Of a stretch of DNA of 64,000 nucleotides, positions 1-54,814 are shown piece after piece. The stretch lies in the NCBI GenBank assembly GCA_964188305.1, contig OZ076889.1; one strand, given 5' to 3'. Made by a program: the position numbers and the translations under genes. Positions within the stretch are counted from its first letter, which is position 1, and each line of letters starts with the position of its first letter. Below the pieces are notes generated by a model, which was not told where the DNA came from, made no database searches, and was given only the letters and a program-made list of their open reading frames with translations. This stretch comes from Podarcis bocagei (lineage: Eukaryota).

Positions 1-2280
1 TTCAACTTCTCACTAGCTAACATGTCTGCAGACTTCCTTTTCTGTGAGGGTGAAGAATGGCATTTTAAATCTGTGTTAGCTATGCACTCATAGGGCTTTG
101 CAACATGCTCTTCTGTGTCTAATGCCAAAAGCTCAAAATAGTGTTCCTTTCCCATTTTAGACAGAGAAACTATTTTTCCAGATATATAGGGGCAGATTCA
201 GCTGAGTCCCGGTAGCAGAAACCCAAGCAAGGACTTCTACTAGCGCACATGCCCTGCATTGGCTCAGTGTTTGTGTGTGTGTGTGTGTCAGGTGAATCCC
301 CAGAACAGCGCACGGGGGAGGGGTGGGGGGTGGGGATCCCATCTGACAAACTGAAACATTTGCATTGACAGAATGACTACCATAATGCTATGTTGAATTC
401 CTCCCATTCTGTGTCTTGCAGCGTCCTGTCCTGAAGGATGCTGGGTTTTGCCACTAAGCATTTGCTCATGTGCCTGCCAACCCATGAGTGAGGGGTGGTT
501 AAGTGGGAAGGAGGAATAAGTGTACTCTGGTTGCAAGTGCATGACTAGCTTAAAGATTGTCACATTCCACAGTGGTTGTCTATGAGATTAAGGCATGTGG
601 GATCACCAGGCACTCAACAGTACTCCAGTTAGATTGAGCTGGTATCTCACATTCCTTCACAGCCTATCTGAAGAGCCTCAGAAATTTACGCAATGGAAAG
701 CATCAAAATTGAGAGATTGCATTTCTACACTTTAGCTGAAAGGACTGCTGAACTATCTATTAATATCCTTAAACTTTATATGATTTTTGAATCCTTGCTT
801 AGATTTTTAACACTAGCTGGATCCAGGAAATAGAAGGGTCTTGGCATACAGCCCACCCCCCTCAAACTCATAACACTATTATGCCCATACACAATGGCAA
901 AATTTCAATGAAATTGTAAACTTTGGTTTAGCATTGCACACATGAGACTTCTGCACTTTGTACTTTTCTTCTCCAGTGTGGTCGTGAGATCAGAAGCTTT
1001 CACTTTTATTTTCAAGTAACTGCAGTACAATGCTGCTGTAGTTAATCTAAACTACTGTATTATTTGAAACAAACCAAATCCATAAAACATGGCTTGAAGT
1101 TGGCTTGTTTCCCTGAGTAGGTGAACTGTGGCCCAAGGGCAACATGTAGCTCTCTGCCTAATTTTGTATGGCTGGAGGGAGATGAGGAGGGCAAGAGGGA
1201 AAATCCTGGGGGGACAGGGACGTATCAAACAATGGAATAGGAGGGGAAATTATTCTGTAACTGATCAATACAGACTTCTGGCAAGAGAGATCTGTCTCTC
1301 TTCCAATGGCCTGGTAGGCAGAAAGGAAAAAGGATGTAGCAGAAAAGAGAATAAGAAAAAGGGGCAGGCTTCACCCCCTTCTGGCACTGAGTCACTCAAC
1401 AGCATGTGGCCCATCAAAATAATCTCCCAGGTAATGCAGACCTCAACATAAAAAAAGGTTTAACAAGAGGCCTAAACCATAGTAAAGACAAACCACATTT
1501 TATCTGAGTTTGTGTTTACCACTGAACTGTAGTTGATAAAAAACGGGAAATGGAAGTTTCCAGTGCCCTTGCAACTGCATTGGAGGCCAGCAGCATTTAT
1601 GCAGAGTTCTCTCTCTAAAGATTACTTCTGGCAGTAGTTGGGCTTTTGGACAAGGAAGATAGAGCTGTTTAGGATACTGTCTACTTTATATGTTATTCTT
1701 AGTGTTTTGCGTATTGTTTGTATTGTTAGTCCAGATCTCACAGGATGGTCATCTCAGGAGGAACTTGCTCCTCACGGAAGCGCAGCACTGGAGCCCAAGG
1801 CATCTTTCCCAGCCTCTCTTCAGCCTGCCTGCTAAGATGGTTCTCCCTTTGTTCTCCCCATTCTTCCCAGCACACCTTGATAAAAACCACTCTCTTCCTG
1901 TCACCCCTCTCTCTCTTACCCCACCATCTTGGCAATTTCTGTCTGCCCAGGCCCAAAGATTCCTCCTAGATAGGCCATCAACACATGTTGTCATGCTAAC
2001 GACATGGCTTATCCCTAGCTAGCTATGTGAAGCTGCCTGGGTTTGTGTTCCTAAACTGTATTTAACAGTGCTTGACTTAGTTTTAACTAGCCAAATTGCT
2101 TACTTGGTGCATTGCTTACTTAATGAATTTATGAGTTTGCTCAAATTCTACCTCTTTACTGAATCCACAGATTATGGCGAGTCTGCCCCTCCCCCAAACT
2201 CATAACACTGCATAGCCACAACTCCCAGAATCTGCAGCAGAACCGTCACTGGGGATCTTAGGGCCTGGGTTCTTGGAACT

Positions 2281-2482
2281 AGAGAGACCATAGCTTAGTG
2301 GCAGAGCACATGCTCTGCATTCAAAAAGTCCAAGATACAATCCTTGGTAGTTCCACTTAAAAGGATAGCTAATAAGGAAGAACCTTTGCCCAAGACCCCA
2401 GAGAGAGCTTCTGCTTGTCAGAGTAAAGTATGCTGGGCTTGATGGATGTATAATCACTACTGGGATAAGGCAGCTTCCTGTG
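2281..2482 (+). mobile_element. tRNA-derived SINE (Squam3-like), diverged
   Basis: A-box-like tagcttagtggcagagca head; tail ..ataaggcagcttcctgtg shared with the copies at 14615-15050 and 50703-50890. Confidence 0.65.
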
Positions 2483-2553
2483 AGCTTATATGGGAGAAGA
2501 CTCTTCCATACGTATATTGAGCTACACTCCTACAATCTCATGTTTCTGTAAAG

Positions 2554-2691
2554 CAGGGAGAGTCAACATGGTGCCCTCTGCATGTTGTGAATTCCCAACT
2601 CCTACCATCTCTTGAGTATTAGCCGTGTTGGCATGGCCAGATGGGAGTTGTAGTCCAAAGCATCTGGAGGGCTTCACATTGATTTCTCCTG
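2554..2691. mobile_element. Palindromic hAT-type MITE (about 135 bp)
   Basis: CAGG..CCTG termini; arms ccctc..atgttg..aactcc.. / ..gggagttgtagt..catctggaggg; same family recurs about 10 times in the window. Confidence 0.7.
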
Positions 2692-3608
2692 CTATGAAAG
2701 TGTAATGCTACATACACTAACATATTCCCCCTTCTCCCTCCCATACCAGTGACCCAGAAATATACTGCAGTTCCTCAACACTTTGTGGCTGTGAGCAAGG
2801 GAAACTGGGAAAACTAGCCTAAAACAACAAGAGGAGTGGGGCCATAGAGGTGTTTGTGGCTCAGACCAGATCAAGGCTGAGGATGAGGTTTTTGTATATT
2901 TGGGAGCACGAAGGCCAAGTGTTATATGATGATAAAGCAAACGTGTCAGGTATTCATAAATGTGTTATAGGTTGGAATACTAAAGCAGATCTTTATGTGC
3001 TGCCCATAGTTCAAATGTTGTAGAGGTTTTTGCAGCTGCTTTAATGCCAGAGGCTAAATCTTTGGCAGCTGCATAGTATTTTTGAATGTTTTTTCTTAGG
3101 GGGTGAGTTTAAAGAAAACTAATAAAGCATCGCTTGAACAAGACAGTCAGATTAGATGGTCATCCAAAATCTTAGGCATACAGAAGTATACTGCTTCAAA
3201 TTTTGGACACTTCAGAAGCAAACAAGTCAGAGACTGCTATTGTAGAGATGGAAAACTAAGTTAAGGGTAAATTGAAGAAAAACTGTTGACAGTTTACACT
3301 TGTGAATTTTTTGTGGCATTATGTCCTTTAGAAAGCATGGTCAGTGCGGACTGTGTTGCAGTTAAAGGAAAGGAAAGGAAAGAAGAAATTTTGATGATTT
3401 CATTTGAATTATTGCCTGAAAACCACTCGTCCAGTGGTCTCCCAAAACAGGAACTAATGGTGAGGGCCTAGTTCTGGAACTTTACTCATGCAGTCACAAC
3501 ACCTCCTGACAAGTTCTACTTGCCACTGGAGAAGAAGAAAAATGTGCATGCTCAGAAATGAACTGAGTGTAAGTTCCACAGATAAGTATTAAGGCAATAG
3601 GGTATTAA

Positions 3609-3960
3609 AAAGGGTAAAGGGACCCCTGACCATTAGGTCCAGTCGTGACCGATTCTGGGGTTGCGGTGCTCATCTCGCTTTATTAGCCGAGGGAGCCGGC
3701 GTACAGCTTCCGGGTCATGTGGCCAGCATGACTAAGCCGCCTCTGGCGAACCAGAGCAGCGCACGGAAACGCTGTTTACCTTCCCGCTGGAGCAGTACCT
3801 ATTTATCTACTTGCACTTTGACGTGCTTTCGAAATGCTAGGTTGGCAGGAGCAGGGACTGAGCAATGGGAGCTCACCCCGTCGTGGGGATTCGAACCGCC
3901 GACCTTCTGATCGGCAAGTCCTAGGCTCTGTGGTTTAACCCACAGCGCCACCCGTGTCCC
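3609..3960 (-). mobile_element. Full-length Sauria SINE (lacertid type)
   Basis: Minus strand starts GGGACACGGGTGGCGCTGTGGGTTAAACCACAGAGCCTAGG; tRNA-like B box GGTTCGAATCCC; ends in an ACCCTTT-type tail; flanked by 13-bp TSD aatagggtattaa (3596-3608, 3961-3973). Confidence 0.92.
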
Positions 3961-5534
3961 AATAGGGTATTAAGCATGCACAAATGACTTACAGGCATAC
4001 CTTGCTTTATTACCACATGACTTCAACCAAAACCAGAATGTAGAAACCTCTGTTTAAGTTGGAAGTCAACCTAGGTTGTGTCTAAACTAGGACATGAATG
4101 TGTAGATATGCATTTCCATGTATGTTTTGCTGTTTCCTTGTGCTTTCGTCCCTTCATCCACACAAGCACTTTCAGTTTTATGCTTCTAAAATGTACCTGG
4201 ATGTTTCCTGTCCACACTCGTGGCCAGTGCTTGATTTCTTGTGTTGTCAAATCCTTTCATGTGGATATTTGTTTAGCTTTCAACATTTTTGTTTTGAAAT
4301 ACAAGTTTTCCAAAATAACACAAAAGAGCAGTAAAAACATTATTTTTAAAATGTGTGTTGCTTCACATCAGGCAAGATTGAGAGCTGCTGGAATGAAAGG
4401 CTGACACTTCCATTCCTCCCCTTTTCCTTTCCTGCACCCAGCAAAACATCATTACACATGTGTATAAACCTGCTCATATAATGTGCTTTAGTTCATTCAC
4501 AGTTAAGTAACACGTGATTTTATACTGGATTATCCAGAGAACAGGAAAATCAGACTTTAGCAGGAGACGGTGTGGGTTGCCACTTGGATGAGGACATTGT
4601 GTGGAAGCTGCAAAAAGATAGAGAGGCACAAGCAGCTTCAAATCCACATTAGGCTTTGGTCTGGATGAGACCCTAGTTTGTAAACATAAAATAATTCTTC
4701 ACCCTAAAAAGTCAAATCAGTGACACACTCAGGTTCTTAGAGAAGCTCTAATTGATGCTGGCTCTTCCTTCTCCAGCTATAAAAATGGGCAGACTCACAT
4801 CGAGACCGTAAATAATACATTATGTTCCCTAAGATGACAGTTGTCTTGTTAAACGGGGTCTTTTTAAAAGTAAAGAAGAAAATAAAAATGTCAGCACTAC
4901 CTTGTAGCAATAGTTTATTTAGCTCAGTACCGCCAAGCTGCAGCAGATACCTCTGGCCCATTCCTATGCCCATGCCATGTTTTCTATTTTGGTAGTTACT
5001 ATCTGCAAAAATGGGGATAGATACACTACTGAATGCAAGTAGCATGAACTCAGGATTTGCCTCATTATAAATTGCATCAAAAATTAGTTCTTAGTTGTAC
5101 TGAACAGAAAAATCAGTTTAAGGATTTGCACCTTTTAAGGGTAATCTTATGTCCCCAGGGATGGTAGAATGTTGCAATCTCCTACTCTGCAGGTCTGTCC
5201 TCAGAAGCTTTCACTCTGTATGCTTCAATGGGAGGAGAAAAAGTGTGTTTTCGGGTGTGTGTGTGTGTGAATCGGGATGTATTGGGATTCACAGGATCTA
5301 AAGCACTGCTAGAATTTGGGGGGGAGGGGAGCGCAGTGGCCCTGGGAAGTGGTGTACTTATTTATTTTAATTTTTTTTAGGCCTTAGAAAATGGAGAAAG
5401 AGATTATGCCCACCCTCCTTTGTCCTAAAGGCACAAGCCAGGTCAGACTCTGGATCTGGCAGTTCTTCCATCACAAATTCTCCCTCCCCCAATGCTGTAG
5501 GTGCAATTCACACCCATTAAAATCAACAATAGTA

Positions 5535-5681
5535 NNNNNNNNNNNNNNNNNNNNNNNNNNNNNNNNNNNNNNNNNNNNNNNNNNNNNNNNNNNNNNNNNN
5601 NNNNNNNNNNNNNNNNNNNNNNNNNNNNNNNNNNNNNNNNNNNNNNNNNNNNNNNNNNNNNNNNNNNNNNNNNNNNNNNNN
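5535..5681. other. Assembly gap (147 N)
   Basis: Run of N. Confidence 1.
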
Positions 5682-6314
5682 TTAAGCCATGTCCCCTCTG
5701 GCTGCAGGGGTGGGAGGAGAAAAACTTGGTTCCTAGCCAGTTCCACTCCTGTGGCAGGAATAGGGGCACTGGGTGTCTTCCTTCTCCTGGAAGCAGCTAG
5801 GCGGCCTGCAACTACACCCACAGGAGCAATATCTGTGAAGTGCAATAAAGTGAGGTATGCATGTAGATCATTTTGTTCATGCTTAATACCCTAACCCTAT
5901 TGAATGGATGGGCTTGTGCCCCTTGGCATAATTTGAAAAGCAAGAGCAGTGAGTCCCTTTCTCTCCAGCTTGGTAAGGAAGAGAGAGAGAATAGGTTGGT
6001 CACAGCTACTTTTGGCTCTGGCCCAGTCTACTGCTGGCTTAGAATCTGCTCTCAGTCAGCATATTGTCTGTCCCTGCTTCAGAATGTAAGCAGCAAAGCA
6101 ATCAGTTATGAATGACATTTAAAAGATGGGTTCTTCTGACCAAAGTCTGAATGGAACACACTAGGTCCAGTGACTGTAACTGAAAATGAGATCATTGAGT
6201 GATGTAAATCAGTGTTCACTAACAGTTTATGATGAACTGAAGTAATTTTCCACCTGGGATTTTAAAGTAATAGTTGGGAATTTCAGTAATATTTTGACAA
6301 GCGAGGCTCCAATT

Positions 6315-6476
6315 TTTATTTGATCTTGTATTTAAAATTTCAAAACAGAGTAAACACATTTTTATCACCACATCATAGGCTGTATTTCTCAATTTATTAG
6401 AAACAGCGGTCAGTACATCCTTCTAAAACATTACATGTAAATGTGCTTTATTGCAATCTTTTATTGCATTTTTATT
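6315..6476 (-). terminator. Cluster of polyadenylation signals, probable distal PIK3R3 poly(A) site
   Basis: Five minus-strand AATAAA (plus-strand tttatt at 6315, 6393, 6447, 6460, 6471); a GU/U-rich tract (tgatgtggtgataaaaatgtgtttactctgttttg) lies just downstream of the 6393 signal. Confidence 0.6.
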
Positions 6477-7368
6477 CTAAAGCAAAGTAGGCCAGAATGC
6501 TTAGTGTCTGGGATTCCAAAGCTCAACCACCTATTTTAAAAAATAGAAACATACAGTAAGATCATAGCACATTTGGTGACAAGTACAATGTTGCATTACT
6601 TATCTAGAAACTACAATATGACTAACATACAATTGTTTTCCTCATGAAGCAGTTTCTTTTTTAAAGTTAAACTACATGAATTTGACTACACCATAAAATG
6701 ACAGAAGAACAGGTTTTACATACCAACAAGACTACTCAAGTTACATGCTGGAATTTATATTTAAAAAATAACAAAACAAAAACAATCCCCTTTGCTCCAT
6801 GAGAAGCAACCTTTGACAAATAGCATCCCTTAAAAGAAAAACCAAAATGGATTTCAAGAATGTAGTGTTCATGTGTGGGATGTACAGAAGGAGTGCACAG
6901 TCCTGGCATACCTCAATACAAAATGAAGCTACCTACTCATTGTTACACGTATTTGTAAAATGAGTCCATACACAGTGATTAATGCTATTATTCTCCTTTG
7001 CACATTAGTTCTAGATGGGGTTTTCCCATATTTAAGAACTGCAACTGTTACTATCTCTCAAAAGGAAATGGGGTCTATATAAAATGCAACCACTTTGCTT
7101 TGAATAAACTACAATGCTTTATCTTGAAGCAAATAAGGAAAACACTTTTAAAAAATCGGAAATTTAAAAGCACATCGAGAGTATTAGTAAGGAACCCCAC
7201 TTTTGGGGGGGGGGGGAGAGAACAAAATGATCCAAACTTTCAGATTGTGAGGTGGGTAAAGCAAGTGAAAATTGTGAATGTGGAGTTTCAGAGGGCCAGG
7301 GCTAGTTATGGCCAATGCATATTAGATATATGTATGTGAATTTATTTTCCATATATCTATATACATAC

Positions 7369-7422
<54 letters not shown>

Positions 7423-10400
7423 GCAGACCAGTACAATCCCATGGTGCTGTAAACTGGCAAAAATTAACAGGTTGAGTTAAATTTCTTTGTAGTCAGTCAC
7501 TGCAAATACCGAACACTCTACACTCCAAGAAAGACAACACACAGCTGGCTGGCATACAAGGGTGCAATACCACTGAACATACTAGGCCTATGATGGGGGA
7601 GTAGAAAGCATGTTGACCCTTGAAAATAGCTTTTCTTTACACATTGCAAATGCCTGTCTGAAAATAAAAAAGTGTCCTGAGGGGCTGATTGGAGAAAAGT
7701 GCAAGGCTCTCAATGGTTATAGGTAAGATACTAAGCAGTGTGAAACAGAATAAACTTTTAACTATGAGCCATTGCTATATGCAATACTCAACCTCTGTGA
7801 GCAATAAGACAGGAGTAAGGGATGTTGCTGAAGAATAGTGTATAGTATAAAGGTCTGCATTAAAATTATGGAGCCAGCAAAAATGCTAGTGCTTGAAACC
7901 TAGAAAAGTTAGACTGATTTGCTAAACTTCCACTATTTGTTATTTAGTGTTCAGTCAAAACATACTCCAGCCAAGCAAAGCTCTTAGCTCAGGGCTGAGA
8001 GTAGATAGGATGTTGAGAGATCCTGTGTATTATTTATAGCCCAATCATACCAGAAGAATAGTGCTTGAGGGACAGTGGGTTTTTAACTCTTCTCCCTGCT
8101 GAAAATAAATCATCCCTCATATTTAATATATGCCCCAAGGGGCTGGGGAGAAAACACAGGCAGCAGCCAGTTGTATGTGTTTCCCATAACACACCAAATA
8201 GCTTCAGAATGGCGATTTAGCTCTTGAAGATGGTACAGGGGGAAAAGCTTCAACCACCACACCCAGAGCTATCTTGGAGTGTAGAAACATTGCAACTGTT
8301 TGTACAATTTGGCTTAAAAACAGCATTTAGCTTTTAGGCAACTGCCATCTTATGTTAAAGTCACCCTGTAATCCTTAGAGTCAGAGTGGGCTCCATTTAC
8401 CCCTTCCATGCATGAGCATTTGGTTGATGGCAAACAGCTGAAGCAAAATGCCTCTTCCCACATCTCTTTACTGGGGGGTGGGGTGAGGTGTAAGAGCAGG
8501 TTGTGGGCTTCAGGGAAAAGAATGTGGGGTGCAGTGTCTCATGGACAGGAAGGAGAGGCCAGGGTTGGGCAATACCTCTACAGTTAGCAAGGAGAAAGAA
8601 CTACTAGGGCAGGTTAGGATGGAAAGCACTGCCTTGGTTAGTGCAAGTGTGTGGAGTCAATGAAAGGTATTGCCTCCATTGCCGGTGTGACTTCCCCTGT
8701 CAACTTGGATGAAGCAAGGGTGCTGTGGTGACAGGGAATAGCTCTCCTGACATAAGGGGAGTCATGAGACTGTGGTGCAGTGCACATCCTCACATCCCTG
8801 AGTCTCCTAAGCAGGCAGGGAAGAGTTGAGTGGTGAGGTGTCACTGAGAAAGAGAAGTACAGCAGTTGGAGACTGGTTATGGGTCAGCTGTCTGGGTATG
8901 GGTCCCAAGAAGTACCTGACCATGTCCACTGCTTCTGCCAGCCCTTGGACACATCCTTATTCCAGTTCTTTTAAGATGTGCTTCCTATCTCAAAATGCCT
9001 TAAAACACCTAAATTCTGGGAAATTGCCATTTTCAGGAAATAAAGTAATTCTTATTATGGGGGGGGGGGAACAGAGTTCATGTCTAAAAGTACAATTGCT
9101 GCATATCAGAAAATGGAGGTTTCAATAAGGTAAAACTCCAAGTCTGGCTGCTTTTAAGTGCAAGTATTTTAAAGGGTGAAACAAACTGGATGTAAATCTT
9201 TACTTCATGAGCATACTGAAACTTTTCAAGTCATGAAGTATATATTTATGAATTCACATTAAAAAGATAAAAATGGGTAGAAGAAAAATCTTGAGCATAC
9301 ATTATGCCCAGATCTGCATTTATACTCTGTCATCTCACAAAAATTGTCTTACATCTGCATACACACAATACATGTTACCACTTCAGATTTTTATTCCCTG
9401 TTAGTGTGAATTAAACCAAAACCAAAAAAACTACACATTCAAACAAATATTGTTCAAGTACCAAAGAGGGGGCTTTTGTAGACTTGGAAATATGATAGCC
9501 AAACAGGAAAATTGCTATGTGAAGATAACCCATTAAGTCATTGTACATGTTGTCATGGCTTTCCAAGTGACAACATATTTACAGAACCAAACCACCTCAA
9601 GCCCTTAATATGTGTCCTACATGTGTCCAGGTTGGCTTCTACAGTCTATTGTGTGCCTGATCTTAACAAAGACTGAAGAATTGCTGCTATCCCTATTCTT
9701 GAGCTTGTGCAGACCGGGGGTTTGGATGGGGGGAAAAAAAGCGAATACAGTATATGAGAACTGTGTTTATGTATGGGAAAACCAAAAACCTACAGTTATT
9801 GGGGGGGGGGGAAGAGTACTGGAATTAACGAGATTATGCATACTAATTTATAAGTGATTTCAGTGGCTGGAGGTAGATATAAACTTAAATTTGGGTTGTA
9901 TGATTGTTTTATGTTGCTTGTGTTGGCTGATCCCCTGCTCCTTTTCATTTTAGGCCATGATCCTAAGAATTGCATCACCAGCTCTACATTTTAACTACAG
10001 GAGCTTTTCAAAGTTTGTATCCGGCTAACAACACCACACAGCGCATCAGGTATAATTTCTGAACTCTCCCAAGTTTTAAAAGTGACTTGTTGAGCAAAGA
10101 ACTGTTGTTTAGTGAAAGGTAATCAGAGCTCCAATGTGCACATAAAATCAATCTAGCGCACAGACTAGAAAAGTAACCCAGTGAGGCTGGATTTATTCCT
10201 ACATTCATAAGTAGGATATTCAAGATACTGCTTTGTACAACATAGGTACAGAAGAAAAACTATGTTGTAACCTCCTTATGAATTCTTCCCAAAATTTCTC
10301 CTTAACAGTGCTGTATTTGTTCTTATGATATGTGACTGGCAAAGAAATTAGCCTCAGAAGGACTAGCAGTTCAATTACTTTTCAATCTTGGCTGATCTAT

Positions 10401-13400
10401 TGTGCACTGCAGCTACTGCAACAGCTACAGAAAAATATGCAGTTTTCTACTTGTGAGAAAGGAAAATATTGAATCCTCCCCACTAAAGCACTTCAGATAA
10501 GCTGCATATTAAGAGCCTTTCTCCCCAACCAGTTTACTGCTTAACAAAAAACATTTACATAGTTGGGTCATTGAAATCAGTATAACATCTAGCAGATAAA
10601 AAAAATGTTCAAAAAAAATGTTCTACTAAAACAAGCCTAGCTCATTGGCTTAAAAAACCCCACACATTCAGCTCTTCTCATCTTCCATTTTGCTATTCTC
10701 TAGTGCATTTGCAGAAAGACAGCAAGTTGTGCTAGGGGGCTGATCTTAACAAAGGTGAACTCTGAGAATTTGGAATGCTGCCACTTGAGGTCAGCTAACT
10801 GGTGTGAAAAATTAGGCATGAGAACATTAAATCAAGAAATGTTGATGGAAGCTGAATGGTGGTAGAAGAACATTTCTTCTACAAACTTTCATTTGTAAAC
10901 TGCAAAATGATTTTTCACTTGCAAAGTCCATCCAAAAATGTTCAATGTGAGAGGCATTGCAAGCATGTGAACACCAGTTGGCTGTTATATTTATAAGCCA
11001 AAAGGAAGCCATGTATATATGTTTACTTTCCTCACAATTCTAATCTAAATGTGTCAGAATGTGCCAGTTTAAAGGGAAGTAAATCAAGGCACCTTGTGAG
11101 ATGAAGTACACATAAAGTTAATTGTAAATTTTAAAAAAATGAACCTAAAGGAAGCATATGAATTTACTGATACTCTGAATACAGTAACAGAAGCCAAAGG
11201 ATTGTATCCCCAGGGCCATGTTAGTCCTACTTAGGAGTAGACCCATTGAAGTCAATGGACATGACAAACTTGGGTTCATTTAATTTCAGTGGGTCTTTTT
11301 GAGAGGGACTAGCACTGGACTCAGTGACTTCATAGGGGCAAACCCAAATGAAGTTAATGCAAAACAGTGGAGGCTGTGTGGTATGGCCTAAATTGCCAAT
11401 TAGCTCATTGTTTGGTTATAACATTCAAATGTGAAGATTTATAATTGGTAGTTATGGGAAAACATTCCACTGATTCTGAGTAAGTCAGAACAAGCCTCTG
11501 TGATCTAGGCTAGATTTAATGACAGAGTAGTATTAAGCAATGTGCAGGTACCAAATTAGAATGTGCAAGCTGGTTAGGCTTCCAGAGGAGGTATCTCAAG
11601 TCTCAACCTGATGACTCTGAAAAGTGGCAAAATCCAGTGCCACGCTTAATAAAAATAGCATATTGCTGCTGGCTAAAGAGGATGTGGGGGTGGACAGGCC
11701 TGGGAAGAGAGGGACTGAAGAGATGGTGGCACATTAAGTTATTAACTATTGTCTCACAAATTTAAAGACTACAGGATGGGGTTTTTTTTTACAACCATGG
11801 TTCCATTTTTAGAAGATCATGTTCCAGCTGGTTAGCCAGCACTTAGCTTAAGTGGCAGTAGATTAGTGCAAAACACAAGTGCTTTTGGGACATGTCAAGC
11901 AATCTAGTTTAGCCCCTCCAGTTGCTGATTAGTGCTCAAATTTTATCATTTTCCTGTTCAGCAATTTCATATTCTGCATAATACTTCTAAGCTCCCTTAT
12001 AGTGCATTCTGCTTTGTGTAAACATTAGAATCTAACAGTCTGGGGGTTCAAGGTGGCACTGAAGGTAGGTTGGAGCCAGAAAAGATCCAAATGTCCCAAC
12101 TCCCTGGCATGCACTTCAAATACTACACAGAAAAAGGAAAGACTTCATGCTGAAACTACCGATTTGTCCTTGTTGTGTAAGCAAGTGTTCTAGCTCAAAT
12201 ATAATATTTAGAAATTACAATAAATCAACAAGGGCATACATGTAGTGACAAAAAAGGTAAATACAGCATTGTCAGAGCACAAATTCTCACAGTCTAGTGG
12301 ATCCAGTTCTCACTATTTGCTATAATTTCATTATTTGATGTTACATATAATCCAGATGAATCTGATGGCAGATGACCAAGCAAAGCTGTTTACATACTGA
12401 TAGATTCTACCACTTTATATCTTTACTAGTCCCATTGAATTCAGCTACCCAAATATTTGTCTTATGGTAAGCCAGCAATGAATTCTAAGGTTATACAACC
12501 TGTACAATGGATTTCGTGATTTAGGGTGCAATCCAAATGCATTATAAACACAGTTTTGTAGCCAGTTTCAACAGTATATAGACTGCACCCATAGGGGTTT
12601 TTTGTTTTTTTGTTTTTTGGTTTAGCAAGCCATTGAGAAGCAATCCATTGCACTTCTAAAGTTTTTTTTTAAAAAACAACAACAACAACAAATGTTTTTA
12701 AAACAGAAAATTCATTGTTTAGCATCTTATAAACATGCCAGGTGCCAGCTTCATTCTGCTTAACATTCCAAAGCTTAGTATTTTTTAAAAACAAAATCTG
12801 ACATCCTTGGAAGAAAGGAACCACATTTTGAAAATAATCAAGGGGGAAGTGGTGCAGTTACATCAGGTCAGGTTAGTTTTCAAAACAACAGAAGACTTTT
12901 TAGCTTTTATATTTCTCTCTTCAAGTTTTGGCAAGTGTGATTGCACATGCAATCTACCCACCCCCCCCAAATCCAGCAATGAAAGTAGTTTTGGTGGGTT
13001 CAATTTGGTTTCTTTTATTTGAAGACCGGTAAGTACTATTGAAACCAATGTTTTGCTATGTTGGTAAAATATAAAGCAATATTTCCTTGAGGATATTCTT
13101 TTAAATAAGAACCTGAAACTCTCCCCATAATTCCTTTGGTCTCCTCTCACCAAATACCATGCTACATCAAGATGAGCCCTCATGTGTAAGTTTGTCTGAC
13201 TTGCAGCCAAGCTGCTAAAATTAACAGGGAAGTTTCTGGAGTAGAGACTTTCCCTACATTTTCCTGGAGCTTAAGACTGAAAGACATTACTAATACCTCA
13301 GAAAAACAAAATCCAAGTAGAAGTTCCGCTGATGGTGCCTGGCAAAAGTTTTGCTTTTAGTTCTTTCTGTATGCATCTTTAAAGAGATAACTTGTTCCTT

Positions 13401-13639
13401 ATAGGGAAAATGAGAGAGTCTCCTTATATAAAAACACAGCTGATCTCCAGGTAGCACCAGGGCACCAACCCCAAAGCTATTATTTTGTTGCTGCTAGGTC
13501 TCCAATTCACATTCATCAAATCATTTCTTGTGCAAAACAAGCAGTCTTAAGGAGAAAGAATGCCCTCTGGGTTTTAGTAAAAACTGTAGAAAAGAAATCC
13601 GGGAACCAACACTTCACCTATACTCCACCCTCCTAGAAT
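6370..13639 (-). other. PIK3R3: Putative long PIK3R3 3' UTR (up to about 7.3 kb)
   Basis: AT-rich, TE-poor stretch following the stop codon and ending at an AATAAA cluster. Earlier minus-strand AATAAA hexamers (e.g. 13014-13019, 10192-10197, 9390-9395, 7341-7346) could end shorter isoforms. The distal end is inferred, not shown. Confidence 0.55.
7372..7419. repeat. (CA)24 microsatellite
   Basis: Direct reading. Confidence 0.97.
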
Positions 13640-54802
<41,163 letters not shown>

Positions 54803-54814
54803 TTAACCGCCCAT
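54803..54814 (-). promoter_or_regulatory. Minimal upstream ORF ATG GGC GGT TAA (M-G-G-stop) in the PIK3R3 leader
   Basis: Only minus-strand ATG seen between 54710 and 55385; context gctATGG (G at -3 and +4); assumes this region is in the mature 5' UTR. Confidence 0.6.

Noticed and set aside
1-3600. 3' end of the expected tail-to-tail neighbour (MAST2 in mammals)
   Set aside because: No recognisable coding similarity; only repeats and unique non-coding DNA
3860-3960. tRNA gene (A and B boxes)
   Set aside because: It is the tRNA-derived head of a Sauria SINE with TSDs and no complete cloverleaf; the same applies to the Squam3-like heads
5391-5894. ORFs of 99-167 aa
   Set aside because: Artefacts of translating through the N gap
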